Source: Candidatus Aenigmatarchaeota archaeon
GTDB taxonomy: Archaea > Aenigmatarchaeota > Aenigmatarchaeia > GW2011-AR5
DNA: 64,000 bases
Assembly (NCBI GenBank): GCA_016187335.1
Contig: JACPJW010000001.1
Span: 704,001-768,000, forward strand
Reading direction: 5' to 3'
In this document: one piece after another, positions 36,893-45,191 of the stretch
Position numbering within the stretch: the first letter of the stretch is position 1
How the letters are laid out: every line of letters starts with the position of its first letter
The notes under the pieces: model-generated
The model's database searches: none
What the model was told of the DNA's origin: nothing
The model's input: only the letters and a program-made list of their open reading frames with translations
Program-made: the position numbers and the translations under genes

Positions 36893-37084
36893 TCAGGCCG
36901 TCACGAGTTCTACGTCCTTCACATCCACGGGCGGCACGACGTAAACGCGGGAGAAATCGTATTCAACGGCGTCGCCCTCGTAAGTTATCTCGCATATGTC
37001 TATGATTATTATCTTGAACTTTATGTCCAGGATTTCTCTTTCAAGGACCTTTTTCTGCGCTTTCACGATTTTCATTTCAATCAT
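36893..37084 (-). CDS. Small hypothetical beta-rich protein
   Basis: 63-aa ORF with host-like codon usage. Confidence 0.45.
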   Translation of the reverse strand: MIEMKIVKAQKKVLEREILDIKFKIIIIDICEITYEGDAVEYDFSRVYVVPPVDVKDVELVTA

Positions 37085-37100
37085 CCGTAGCGTTTTCTTT

Positions 37101-37147
37101 GATAATATTCTTTTCCGCCAGCGCTTTTCTTCCCCAAAGAAAAGGGC
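37101..37147 (-). repeat. Family-B hairpin repeat, intergenic copy
   Basis: GCCCTTTTCTTTGGGGAAGAAAAGCGCTGGCGGAAAAGAATATTATC on the minus strand. Confidence 0.85.
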
Positions 37148-37392
37148 TGAAAGGTGGATATTGGCGGATGAATCATTTTATTAGACACATGAGGTCCTGA
37201 TGCGACGACGTATAGTTAAACGTCTTTTTTTTGCATCCATTGTTGTCGTGTTCATCCGCCAATCCATCGAAGGCCAGTATTTTTTATGACCTTCATGATT
37301 CGCCCCGAATTCGCTGGACGAACCGAGACTTCATTTCCCGGCAAAGGAAAAATGAAGTAAAGGGAGAAAAAAATATCCTCCCGAAAATTTTG

Positions 37393-37420
37393 TTTTGATG
37401 AAACTTTTTGGAAAAGTTTC
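37393..37420 (-). repeat. Family-A hairpin repeat directly after the ftsZ stop
   Basis: TTTTGATGAAACTTTTTGGAAAAGTTTC on the plus strand. Confidence 0.8.
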
Positions 37421-38488
37421 TCACAGGATCACTTCGATTCCAAGGTCGCCGAATTTGCCCTGCTGGGCTCTTCCGTTGCTCTTAGGCGACTGCGCGAAAG
37501 GCTGTGCGTTTGCTGCCTTCCCGAGGATGTACGGTGATTTCACGCCCGTGACGATGGTTATGACCTGGACCTTGCCCTGGAACTCGGGAACAATCCTTGC
37601 CCCCCACATCACGACCGCATCCGGGTCCATGTGCTGGGATACTGCTTCGCCTATTGCGTTTATCTCTTCCAGCTTCATGTCGTCGCCGCCGATTACCTGT
37701 ATCAAGGCACCGGTTGCGCCGCTGTAGTCAACGTCCAGCAGCGGATGGTTCAGCGCCTTCAGGACAGCGTCCTTTGCCCGGTTCTGGGCGTCGCTTTCGC
37801 CGACTCCTATTGTTGCCACGCCGCCGGAGCGCATGATTGTCCTGACATCTGCGTAGTCCAGATTGACCAGCGAAGGCTGCGATATCATCTCCGTGATTCC
37901 CTTTATCATCGTGGCTATCAGTCCGTCCGCTACAGCGAAGGCGTCCTTCAGCGGCCTGTTTCCTGCTAATTCTATCAGTTTCTGGTTCTCCACGACAATA
38001 ACCGTGTCGCAGACCTCGCGTAATTTCGCCAGTCCTTCCTCGGCCTTGCCGATTCTTGCGCCTTCAATCTTGAACGGCAGCGTCACTGCAGCAATTACTA
38101 TGGCACCCATCTCCTTTGCCAGATACGCTACAACAGGAGCCGAGCCTGTTCCTGTTCCGCCCCCGAGACCGCATGTAAGAAACAGCAAGTCGCAGCCCTG
38201 CAGCGCAGCGCGTATGTCGTTTTTGCTTTCCTGCGCAGCTTTCTCGCCCACCTGCGGGTGGCCGCCTGCTCCCAGGCCGCGCGTCAGTTCGCGCCCCAGA
38301 AGAATCTTTTTGTCAGCTTTTACAGATGACAGATGTCTTGCATCCGTGTTCGCCGCCACTACGCAAGCGCCCTGGATGTTCATTTCCTTCAGCCTGTTTA
38401 CCGCGTTGGAACCGCCCCCGCCGCATCCCATAACTACGATGTGAGCCTGTTCAACATGGAAATTTTCAACTTCTTCATTGCTCATCAT
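37421..38488 (-). CDS. ftsZ: Cell division protein FtsZ
   Basis: GGGGSNAVN, tubulin signature GLGGGTGTGSAP, NLDYADV. Confidence 0.98.
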   Translation of the reverse strand: MMSNEEVENFHVEQAHIVVMGCGGGGSNAVNRLKEMNIQGACVVAANTDARHLSSVKADKKILLGRELTRGLGAGGHPQVGEKAAQESKNDIRAALQGCDLLFLTCGLGGGTGTGSAPVVAYLAKEMGAIVIAAVTLPFKIEGARIGKAEEGLAKLREVCDTVIVVENQKLIELAGNRPLKDAFAVADGLIATMIKGITEMISQPSLVNLDYADVRTIMRSGGVATIGVGESDAQNRAKDAVLKALNHPLLDVDYSGATGALIQVIGGDDMKLEEINAIGEAVSQHMDPDAVVMWGARIVPEFQGKVQVITIVTGVKSPYILGKAANAQPFAQSPKSNGRAQQGKFGDLGIEVIL

Positions 38489-38837
38489 TTTGATTACCTC
38501 CGTTTTTGTTTCGATCGATCGAACTCCGGAGAGTTCACGAATATAATTTTCCCATATATCTTTTGCAACGTATACGACGCCAAAACAAAATCCTTTTTAT
38601 CAAGCTTCGATATAGTTGCCTCTTAGGAGAAACAAACAACAACGGGAATAACCACCGCGGCGTAGGAAACGCGGTGCTTATTCCTCTCAATTCTGCCTTA
38701 AATACTTTTTGCAAAACGCGAATACAATTTTGCGAAAACCGCTTCGGAACATATGTTTCACAGGCAATACAAGTACTTGTTAGTGGTTAAAACAAGAACC
38801 GCAACGGCTGGGAAATCAAGGATGGAGGCTGATATTG

Positions 38838-39233
38838 ATGAAAACGACAATATACACAGACGGCGCATGTTATCCAAACCCGGGAATAATGGGTGTTGGA
38901 ATAGTTATAGAACAAAATAATAAAATTATTAAAGAAATATCGAAAAAACTAAATAGAGGAACTAATAACACTGCCGAGTATATGGCAGTGATAATTGCGT
39001 TAGAAGAAGCAAAAAAGATGCGTATTTCTTCAATAGATTTATTTATTGACAGCGCCTTAGTTGTAGGTCAACTTGAATACGGATACAAGATAAACAAACC
39101 TCATTTAAAGGAGTTAAATGATAAAGTCAGTGATCTTCGGAAAGAATTCAAAAAAGTAACTATTGTACGCAATGAAAGAGAGAATAACGAAAGAGCTGAC
39201 CGGTTGAGCAAAAAAGCTATCTTTGGTCCGTAA
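38838..39233 (+). CDS. rnhA: Ribonuclease HI
   Basis: YTDGACYPNPG, TNNTAEY, IDSALV, NERADRLS. Confidence 0.9.
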   Translation: MKTTIYTDGACYPNPGIMGVGIVIEQNNKIIKEISKKLNRGTNNTAEYMAVIIALEEAKKMRISSIDLFIDSALVVGQLEYGYKINKPHLKELNDKVSDLRKEFKKVTIVRNERENNERADRLSKKAIFGP

Positions 39234-39302
39234 TGAATATTACTGTTATGGTATTCTGTGAAAAAAGTAATTTTATTCTTTACCTATACACAAAGCTGGA
39301 AT

Positions 39303-39677
39303 TCACCCGTACTGCTGCCTCGTCAGGACCGAGCCGGGGTTCCCGCACAGCTGCTGGGCGGGTATGTCGTAGCCCGTGAACGCCTTTGCGACTTCTTCTA
39401 TGCGCTTGTTGAGGGCGGCGTCGCTGTAGCTGCTCTTTTTCGCCTTCTCGCACGCCTGCACCAGCACGTTGCTTATTGCGTTGTGCTGCTGCGCCTGTGC
39501 CGTAGCCAGGCAGGGCTGCGGCGTAGGGCATAAATCAGAAGTAACTGTGGTGTCAACGGTTTTCCAGCACTCGCGGAACTCGTCAATGCTTATGCACTGC
39601 TCGCCGAGCACCGAACCGCCGATGTAAAGCAGCCCGAAAACAAGGATGATTATCATAACAGCGAATTTGGTTTCCAT
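39303..39677 (-). CDS. Hypothetical membrane-anchored, Cys-containing exported protein
   Basis: N-terminal TM helix; several spaced Cys. Confidence 0.6.
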   Translation of the reverse strand: METKFAVMIIILVFGLLYIGGSVLGEQCISIDEFRECWKTVDTTVTSDLCPTPQPCLATAQAQQHNAISNVLVQACEKAKKSSYSDAALNKRIEEVAKAFTGYDIPAQQLCGNPGSVLTRQQYG

Positions 39678-39767
39678 GGTTTTATCATGGACGGAGCGGC
39701 TTATAAAAATTTTCAGTGTGATGGCGAAGCCTTTTAATATCTTTCCATATATTATTACTATAAAGTA

Positions 39768-40004
39768 GTGTTATTTGGTGTCCGTATGGTTGTCAAAGTC
39801 CGTTTGATGAAAAAAATCAGGAAGCTGAGGAGCAGGGGCTTCCTGACAAGGGAGCAGCTGGAAGTCCTGGAGGAAGCGAGCCAGCGCCCTTTCAAGGTGA
39901 AAAAGCCCGCCCAGAAATACGCCTGCGGCGAGTGCAGCTATTCCTGGTTCTACAAGGCCATGAAATGCCCCACATGCTCTTCCAACAGGGTAAGCGCGGT
40001 TTAA
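39768..40004 (+). CDS. Small Zn-ribbon hypothetical protein
   Basis: CGEC...CPTC; real start may be 39786. Confidence 0.6.
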   Translation: MLFGVRMVVKVRLMKKIRKLRSRGFLTREQLEVLEEASQRPFKVKKPAQKYACGECSYSWFYKAMKCPTCSSNRVSAV

Positions 40005-40236
40005 GCAAATAGAAACAATCCGGAAACTGAAAAATAAAAAGAAAAAATCAAAACAGCTGAATTTTTTGTAGAATTTACTTTCTTCTCTTCTTTGCCATCT
40101 TATTCACCCCACTTATCATGATAATAAAATATGTTTTTCCCGGTTAATTAAGTTTTCTATCAGGGTTTTTGGCGGAGCGAGAAACAAAAAAGCGCTTCGT
40201 TTGCGCGCTATAGTGTATTATCGCTGCGCAGGGAAT

Positions 40237-40422
40237 TTAAGCCCTGTATTTTTTGCCTGAAGGATTAGGATTATTAGGACTTTCCGGGTTCATTCCATCC
40301 AGAACCCTCTCGCGGTAAGTGTTCCATTTTTCTGTGTCGCGCATGCTGTGGCCTTCATCTAAAAAAGTTTCATAAGCCTGCTCAAGAAGCCTTGCCCTCA
40401 TTGCAGCTGTGTGAACTGACAT
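40237..40422 (-). CDS. Small hypothetical protein
   Basis: 61-aa ORF; no motif. Confidence 0.4.
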   Translation of the reverse strand: MSVHTAAMRARLLEQAYETFLDEGHSMRDTEKWNTYRERVLDGMNPESPNNPNPSGKKYRA

Positions 40423-40506
40423 TCCAGAATTTTGTTAAAAAATCATAAAAACCCGTAATGGGAATTTTCCCACTTGAAAACCGACCGAGAAATTCTTTTG
40501 AGATAT

Positions 40507-41112
40507 TCACAGTTCCTCTATCCATTTTTCGCTGCCGACTGTCGTTTCCTCGCCGTGGCCTGAATAAACCTTCGTGTTGGGCGGCAGTTTGAGCAGTCTT
40601 TTCAAGGAAGCTATCATTTTACCGTGGTCGCCGCCGGGAAAATCCGTCCTTCCGCAGCTGCCGGCAAACAGCGTGTCGCCCGAGAAAAGTATATTGCTTT
40701 TTGCCTCGTAAAGGCACACGGATCCCGGGGAATGTCCGGGCGTTTCCATGACTTCCAAGGAAATCGAGCCGAGTTTTATGACATCGCCCTCGTCAAGGTG
40801 CGTGTCCGCGCGCGACGCAGGAATATCAAATGGGGCGTTCCCCGGCTCCCAAAGCATCTTTTCATCGTTCTTGTGCACGGCTATCATCGCCTTTGTTTTT
40901 TCCTTCAGTGCTTTGTTGTCGGCGATGTGGTCCCAGTGGCCGTGGGTGTTTGCTATCAGCAGCAATTTCAGCTTGTTTTTGCCCAGCTCGTCCAGCACCT
41001 GCCCGTAGCATCCTTTCGGAGCATCTATAATCAGCGCTTTTCTTTCGTCATCATCCCATATCAAGTAACTGTTCGTCGCCGCAGGGCCGCAGGTGAATTT
41101 TTTGATGAGCAT
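40507..41112 (-). CDS. Metallo-beta-lactamase-fold hydrolase (glyoxalase II-like)
   Basis: THGHWDHI, TPGHSPG, FSGDTLF, SGHG. Confidence 0.93.
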   Translation of the reverse strand: MLIKKFTCGPAATNSYLIWDDDERKALIIDAPKGCYGQVLDELGKNKLKLLLIANTHGHWDHIADNKALKEKTKAMIAVHKNDEKMLWEPGNAPFDIPASRADTHLDEGDVIKLGSISLEVMETPGHSPGSVCLYEAKSNILFSGDTLFAGSCGRTDFPGGDHGKMIASLKRLLKLPPNTKVYSGHGEETTVGSEKWIEEL

Positions 41113-41270
41113 GCTAAATAAATGTCAGAAGCCGCTAAAATACATTTCACGGCGAATCAAAATAATGGATTACGCTTATAGTGAACCCAGTAAATAATCA
41201 GGATATGTTATACTGGGTTCACATATAGTTCACAAGGAAATAATATCCAGAATCTTTCCTTGTAGAACTA

Positions 41271-41406
41271 TATACATGGAGAATACCACTGTTTTCAGAC
41301 AAAGGTATTATGATGGTATTATCCTGTATAAAATCAGTCCACTATAAAATATATGGTATTTCTCTGAAATACCACCATTTTAGATGGTGGATTGATTTTT
41401 ATAAAA
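41271..41406. repeat. ~136-bp multi-hairpin repeat (family C), copy 2, just upstream of tRNA-Thr(UGU)
   Basis: Aligns by eye with 19544-19680. Confidence 0.85.
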
Positions 41407-41430
41407 TATATTCCATATTTAATGACTAAC

Positions 41431-41551
41431 GCCACCATAGCTCAATCCGAACTTTTCCGAAAAGTTCGATCAAAAGGGAAAGTTTGGGGGAAATTGGCAG
41501 AGCATCTGTTTTGTAAACAGAAGGTTGGGGGTTCAAGTCCCTCTGGTGGCT
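41431..41551 (+). tRNA. tRNA-Thr(UGU) with a D-loop intron at 15/16 (41446-41493)
   Basis: 73-nt mature cloverleaf, acceptor GCCACCA/UGGUGGC, U73, anticodon arm UCUGU-UUUGUAA-ACAGA; the intron is mostly a family-A hairpin. Confidence 0.92.
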
Positions 41552-41598
41552 CTTGATGCGGCACTGAAAACTATAAAATACAAGATTGAAATAGAATT

Positions 41599-42936
41599 AT
41601 GGAAAAGGCTGTTATTTTGATTGCATTATCCGCGACACTGCTTGTTCTTGGCTGCGTATCCGACCAGCCGGCTGTGAGGCCGCTTCTAGACAAAACCGGT
41701 AAATCCGCTGAACCCGAATCCCTGGAAAATATTCCTCGTGATGTTTTAAGCTCAATCTGCCGGCAGGAAAAGTGGCCTCCTGATTGCACAGTCATTCATG
41801 ATGCCGATGGACAGGAAATATGCAAAAAATGCAAGTTAATGTTCCCAGAAGCTGTTGTCCAGGAAAATTACCAGACATCCCAGCCAGGCAGATCCCAAAG
41901 TGCTTGCTCTGGCGGCGCAATCATGTTTGACTATCCGCCCGTGAACCTGGGGAAAATAACCCATATTGAGCCGATGGGCAGTCTGCACGGAGAGCACGTA
42001 GCCCCGATTGACCACCAGTATTATCAAAATTTCAACAGCAACGAACCGACAATAGAAGTGTACTCTCCTGCCGATGGCGTTATAACAGAAATCCAGCACA
42101 TGGGATCGTTTAGAGGCGATGTAGTAAGGGAGCCCTTTGACGATTACCGCTTAGTCATAGAACACACTTGTTCAATCTCAACATTTTTTATACATATAGA
42201 CAAGCTCTCCGGCAAAATAATGGAGGTTGCCCCGGAGTTTGGAAAACAGAAGAGCGTGAGCATTCCGGTGAAAGCAGGGGAAACCATAGGATGGTTTGAC
42301 AGCAATGTTGATTTTAATGTTGTTGACACTGCAATCACTATTAACCTGATTGAGCCCGAAAGTTACAGATCTTTTCCGTTCAGGCTTCATATCCAGGACC
42401 CGTTTATTTACTTTAATGAGCCGGTGAAAAGCCAGCTTATTGCCAAAAGCCTGAGGACAGCCAAGCCGGAAGGTGGGTTTATTGATTACGATATTGACGG
42501 CAAGGCCATTGGAACATGGTTCAGGGAAAACACCAACGGATGGTCTGGGTTAAATCCTGAAAGATACTGGGCAGACCATCTGGCAATAGTATATGACAGC
42601 ATTGACACGGAACACATTTTGTTTTCTGTCGGCACGTTCAAAGGAAAAGCCCGGCAGTTTGGGGTGAAAGGAAATGCCCCCAAGCCGGATGAAATAAGCG
42701 TTGGGAGCGGCTTAATTAAATATGAACTGGTTGATTATCAGTATTATGACGGGGATCAAAAATGGGATTACAAAAAATTAGTCAGGGGCCTGAAGCTGAA
42801 AAACATGGACAATGTTCTGGGTGTTGCATTACTGCAAATGTTTGAGAATAGAAAATTAAAGGTAGAGGTATTCCCGGATAAAACCGCCGCAGAAGTGCAA
42901 GGGTTTACAAGCAATGCGATGATCTATGAAAGGTAG
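41599..42936 (+). CDS. Lipoprotein with a degenerate M23/LytM-like hybrid domain
   Basis: Lipobox-like LLVLGC; HVAPIDH, VYSPADGVITEI, FIHID, VKAGETIG. Confidence 0.55.
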   Translation: MEKAVILIALSATLLVLGCVSDQPAVRPLLDKTGKSAEPESLENIPRDVLSSICRQEKWPPDCTVIHDADGQEICKKCKLMFPEAVVQENYQTSQPGRSQSACSGGAIMFDYPPVNLGKITHIEPMGSLHGEHVAPIDHQYYQNFNSNEPTIEVYSPADGVITEIQHMGSFRGDVVREPFDDYRLVIEHTCSISTFFIHIDKLSGKIMEVAPEFGKQKSVSIPVKAGETIGWFDSNVDFNVVDTAITINLIEPESYRSFPFRLHIQDPFIYFNEPVKSQLIAKSLRTAKPEGGFIDYDIDGKAIGTWFRENTNGWSGLNPERYWADHLAIVYDSIDTEHILFSVGTFKGKARQFGVKGNAPKPDEISVGSGLIKYELVDYQYYDGDQKWDYKKLVRGLKLKNMDNVLGVALLQMFENRKLKVEVFPDKTAAEVQGFTSNAMIYER

Positions 42937-42964
42937 CATTACCGCAAGAAGGCTCGCTTAGAGG

Positions 42965-43228
42965 TTATTTCTTCCTCTTCACTATCTTCCTCTGCAAAAT
43001 CCGCTTCGCCTTCTCAAGCTCGCGGCGGCGTTCCACAGGCAATTTTTTGCCTGCGCGATTGATGAACATCTGTACCATGCGGATGGCGGAGCCGATGCCT
43101 TTGGGGCTGACCTTCCTTGATGCCATTATCCTTGCGATGCTTTCTGCTTTTTTCGTGAAAGTGCCGGGCGGCGGGTAGGTTGAAACCGTTTTAATCTTGT
43201 GGAACCAGAGCTTTTTTCCTCTCGGCAT
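42965..43228 (-). CDS. DUF3175-like small basic protein
   Basis: SAIRMVQMFINRAGKKL...RRRELEKAK. Confidence 0.75.
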   Translation of the reverse strand: MPRGKKLWFHKIKTVSTYPPPGTFTKKAESIARIMASRKVSPKGIGSAIRMVQMFINRAGKKLPVERRRELEKAKRILQRKIVKRKK

Positions 43229-43257
43229 GCTATCACTTGTAATTTATTCAATAAAAA

Positions 43258-43434
43258 TCATGCCGGCATGCTCTTCCCTAGAGCCCATGAAAGCACGAAA
43301 AGTATCAGGAAAACGATGAACAGTATTTTCGCTATGTCTATGGCAACTCCGGCCACTGTTGTGAATCCCATAATGGCTGCTATAATTGCCAGTATAAGGA
43401 ACGCCAGTGTCCATGATATGAGCCCTTTTGACAT
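43258..43434 (-). CDS. DUF1328 / UPF0391 small membrane protein
   Basis: WTLAFLILAIIAAIMGFTTVAGVAIDIAKILF. Confidence 0.88.
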   Translation of the reverse strand: MSKGLISWTLAFLILAIIAAIMGFTTVAGVAIDIAKILFIVFLILFVLSWALGKSMPA

Positions 43435-43626
43435 CCTGCCACCAAATAAAAAGAAACCCGCAATAGAAATAAAAAGCATCCTTGCTGCAGCAAAAATTAC
43501 TTTCTGTCCCTAAAGTTGTAAAAAATTCCATTTTTTTGCCTTTAAGAACCTTTTGGCTCCTCAGAAACTCTTGGAATGCTTTTGTGATTTTTTCCAATCA
43601 ATCGGAATTTTCATCAGGTGATTTGA

Positions 43627-44619
43627 ATGAAATACAATGCGATTATTTTTGCGCTCCTATCGGCCTTGCTTGTAGCCGGATGCGTGCAGCAGGCAGGCGC
43701 GGCGAAAGGATCTGTATTCTTTACAATGGCCGACGCGGCGGCGGACATGGGCGCGGTGAGCAGCGTTGTAGTCACTGTCGACAGCGTCAGGGCGCATAGC
43801 AACACCCAGGGATGGATAACTGTTTCTTCGGAAACGCGCACGTACGATCTGATGCAGCTGAAGGCCCAGAGCAACCAGGTTTTGCTCGCGGAAGCGCAGC
43901 TTGATCCCGGAACTTACCAGCAGGTGCGCCTGGATGTTTCAAAGGTTGTGGTTACGGACGCCGGCGGCGAACATGAAGCCAGGCTGCCTTCAGGCGAGCT
44001 GAAGATTGTTGGGCAGCTCATTGTGGAAGCCAACAAGACGTCCTCGGTCACCTTCGACTTCATAGCTGACGAGTCGCTGCATGTCACGGGAAACGGCCAG
44101 TATGTTTTCGCCCCGGTGGTGCAGCTGACCACGCGGCACAGTGCCGACGTTGATGTAAGGAACACGAACAACGTGCAGATTCGCAGCGGCACTGTAGATA
44201 CCGATACCAAGGTGGGAATGGACATCAACGGAAACGTCGGCGTGGGCGTAAAGATTGACCCTAACGTCGTTATCAATGTCGGTGCGGACGGAAAAGTCAT
44301 CATCGGCGTCGGCGCTCCGCCGCCTGCTCCGAAGCCAAAGCTTGTCATTAACATAACCGTCGAAGCGGACAACAACACGCTTTACCCTGTCAGCGCTGAA
44401 GTGAAAAAAGATGCGACGGTGCGCCTTACGTTCAGGGTGCGCGAGGGCACAAACTCGACGGGACTTGAATTCAGGAGCGAGAAGTTCACGACAGGCCCTG
44501 TGCTGCCGGGTGCCAGCGCAACCGTGGAATTCACCGCGGACAAATCGTTCAGTTATTCAACCTACTTCGGCGGAAGCAGCGTGAAGAGAGCCGAAGGCTG
44601 GATTATTGCATCCTTATAG
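43627..44619 (+). CDS. Lipoprotein with a DUF4382-like domain and a C-terminal cupredoxin-like beta domain
   Basis: LLVAGC lipobox; DLMQLK, LDPGTYQQVRLDVS, RLPSGELKI, TFDFIADES. Confidence 0.75.
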   Translation: MKYNAIIFALLSALLVAGCVQQAGAAKGSVFFTMADAAADMGAVSSVVVTVDSVRAHSNTQGWITVSSETRTYDLMQLKAQSNQVLLAEAQLDPGTYQQVRLDVSKVVVTDAGGEHEARLPSGELKIVGQLIVEANKTSSVTFDFIADESLHVTGNGQYVFAPVVQLTTRHSADVDVRNTNNVQIRSGTVDTDTKVGMDINGNVGVGVKIDPNVVINVGADGKVIIGVGAPPPAPKPKLVINITVEADNNTLYPVSAEVKKDATVRLTFRVREGTNSTGLEFRSEKFTTGPVLPGASATVEFTADKSFSYSTYFGGSSVKRAEGWIIASL

Positions 44620-44761
44620 CTTCTATAGCATGTGACATAAATAATCAAACATATTATGATGTCACTGCTATATGCAGAAGACATTAAATTGTACGAAAAC
44701 TAATGTCTTCTACTATATTGTCAATTGATTTCCAACAGATAAATTTTATCGGGCGATTCGA

Positions 44762-45178
44762 ATGAAATACGAAAATGCCATCATTTTCGCGCTTATTCCG
44801 GCGCTGTTCATAGCGGGATGCGTGCAGCAGTCGCAGCCGAAAGGATTAGGAGACTACACCCCGCCTACGGGCACGCCTTCCCTGGAAATGCTGTCGCCGA
44901 AAGACGGCGATGTCATAAACGGCTCGGCTGTTGCGATAAAGGTGAACGTCACGAATTTCCGGCTTGCCGACATTGCTGCAAACAGGGCAAACAGGGATAA
45001 CGAAGGTCACATACATTACTATCTGGACGACAGGGAGCAGAGGGTTCCCTACACGATAGTGTCGTTCACAAACGTCCCGGCCGGCGAACATTCCATCAGG
45101 ATTGAGCTGCACAACAACGACCATTCGCCGCTGTTCCCGCCAGTGACGGTTTCCATCAGGATAAGAACGACGGGCTGA
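44762..45178 (+). CDS. Lipoprotein with an Ig-like domain carrying an HxH motif
   Basis: Signal peptide nearly identical to the upstream gene (MKY.NAIIFAL...AGCVQQ); GHIHYYLD, GEHSIRIELHNNDH. Confidence 0.7.
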   Translation: MKYENAIIFALIPALFIAGCVQQSQPKGLGDYTPPTGTPSLEMLSPKDGDVINGSAVAIKVNVTNFRLADIAANRANRDNEGHIHYYLDDREQRVPYTIVSFTNVPAGEHSIRIELHNNDHSPLFPPVTVSIRIRTTG

Positions 45179-45191
45179 AGCCCGTAGATAT

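Noticed and set aside
40075-40098. Mini-ORF MAKKRRK with a perfect GGGGTGA Shine-Dalgarno
   Set aside because: Only 7 codons; could be a leader peptide or a decayed gene, but the sequence alone cannot support a call
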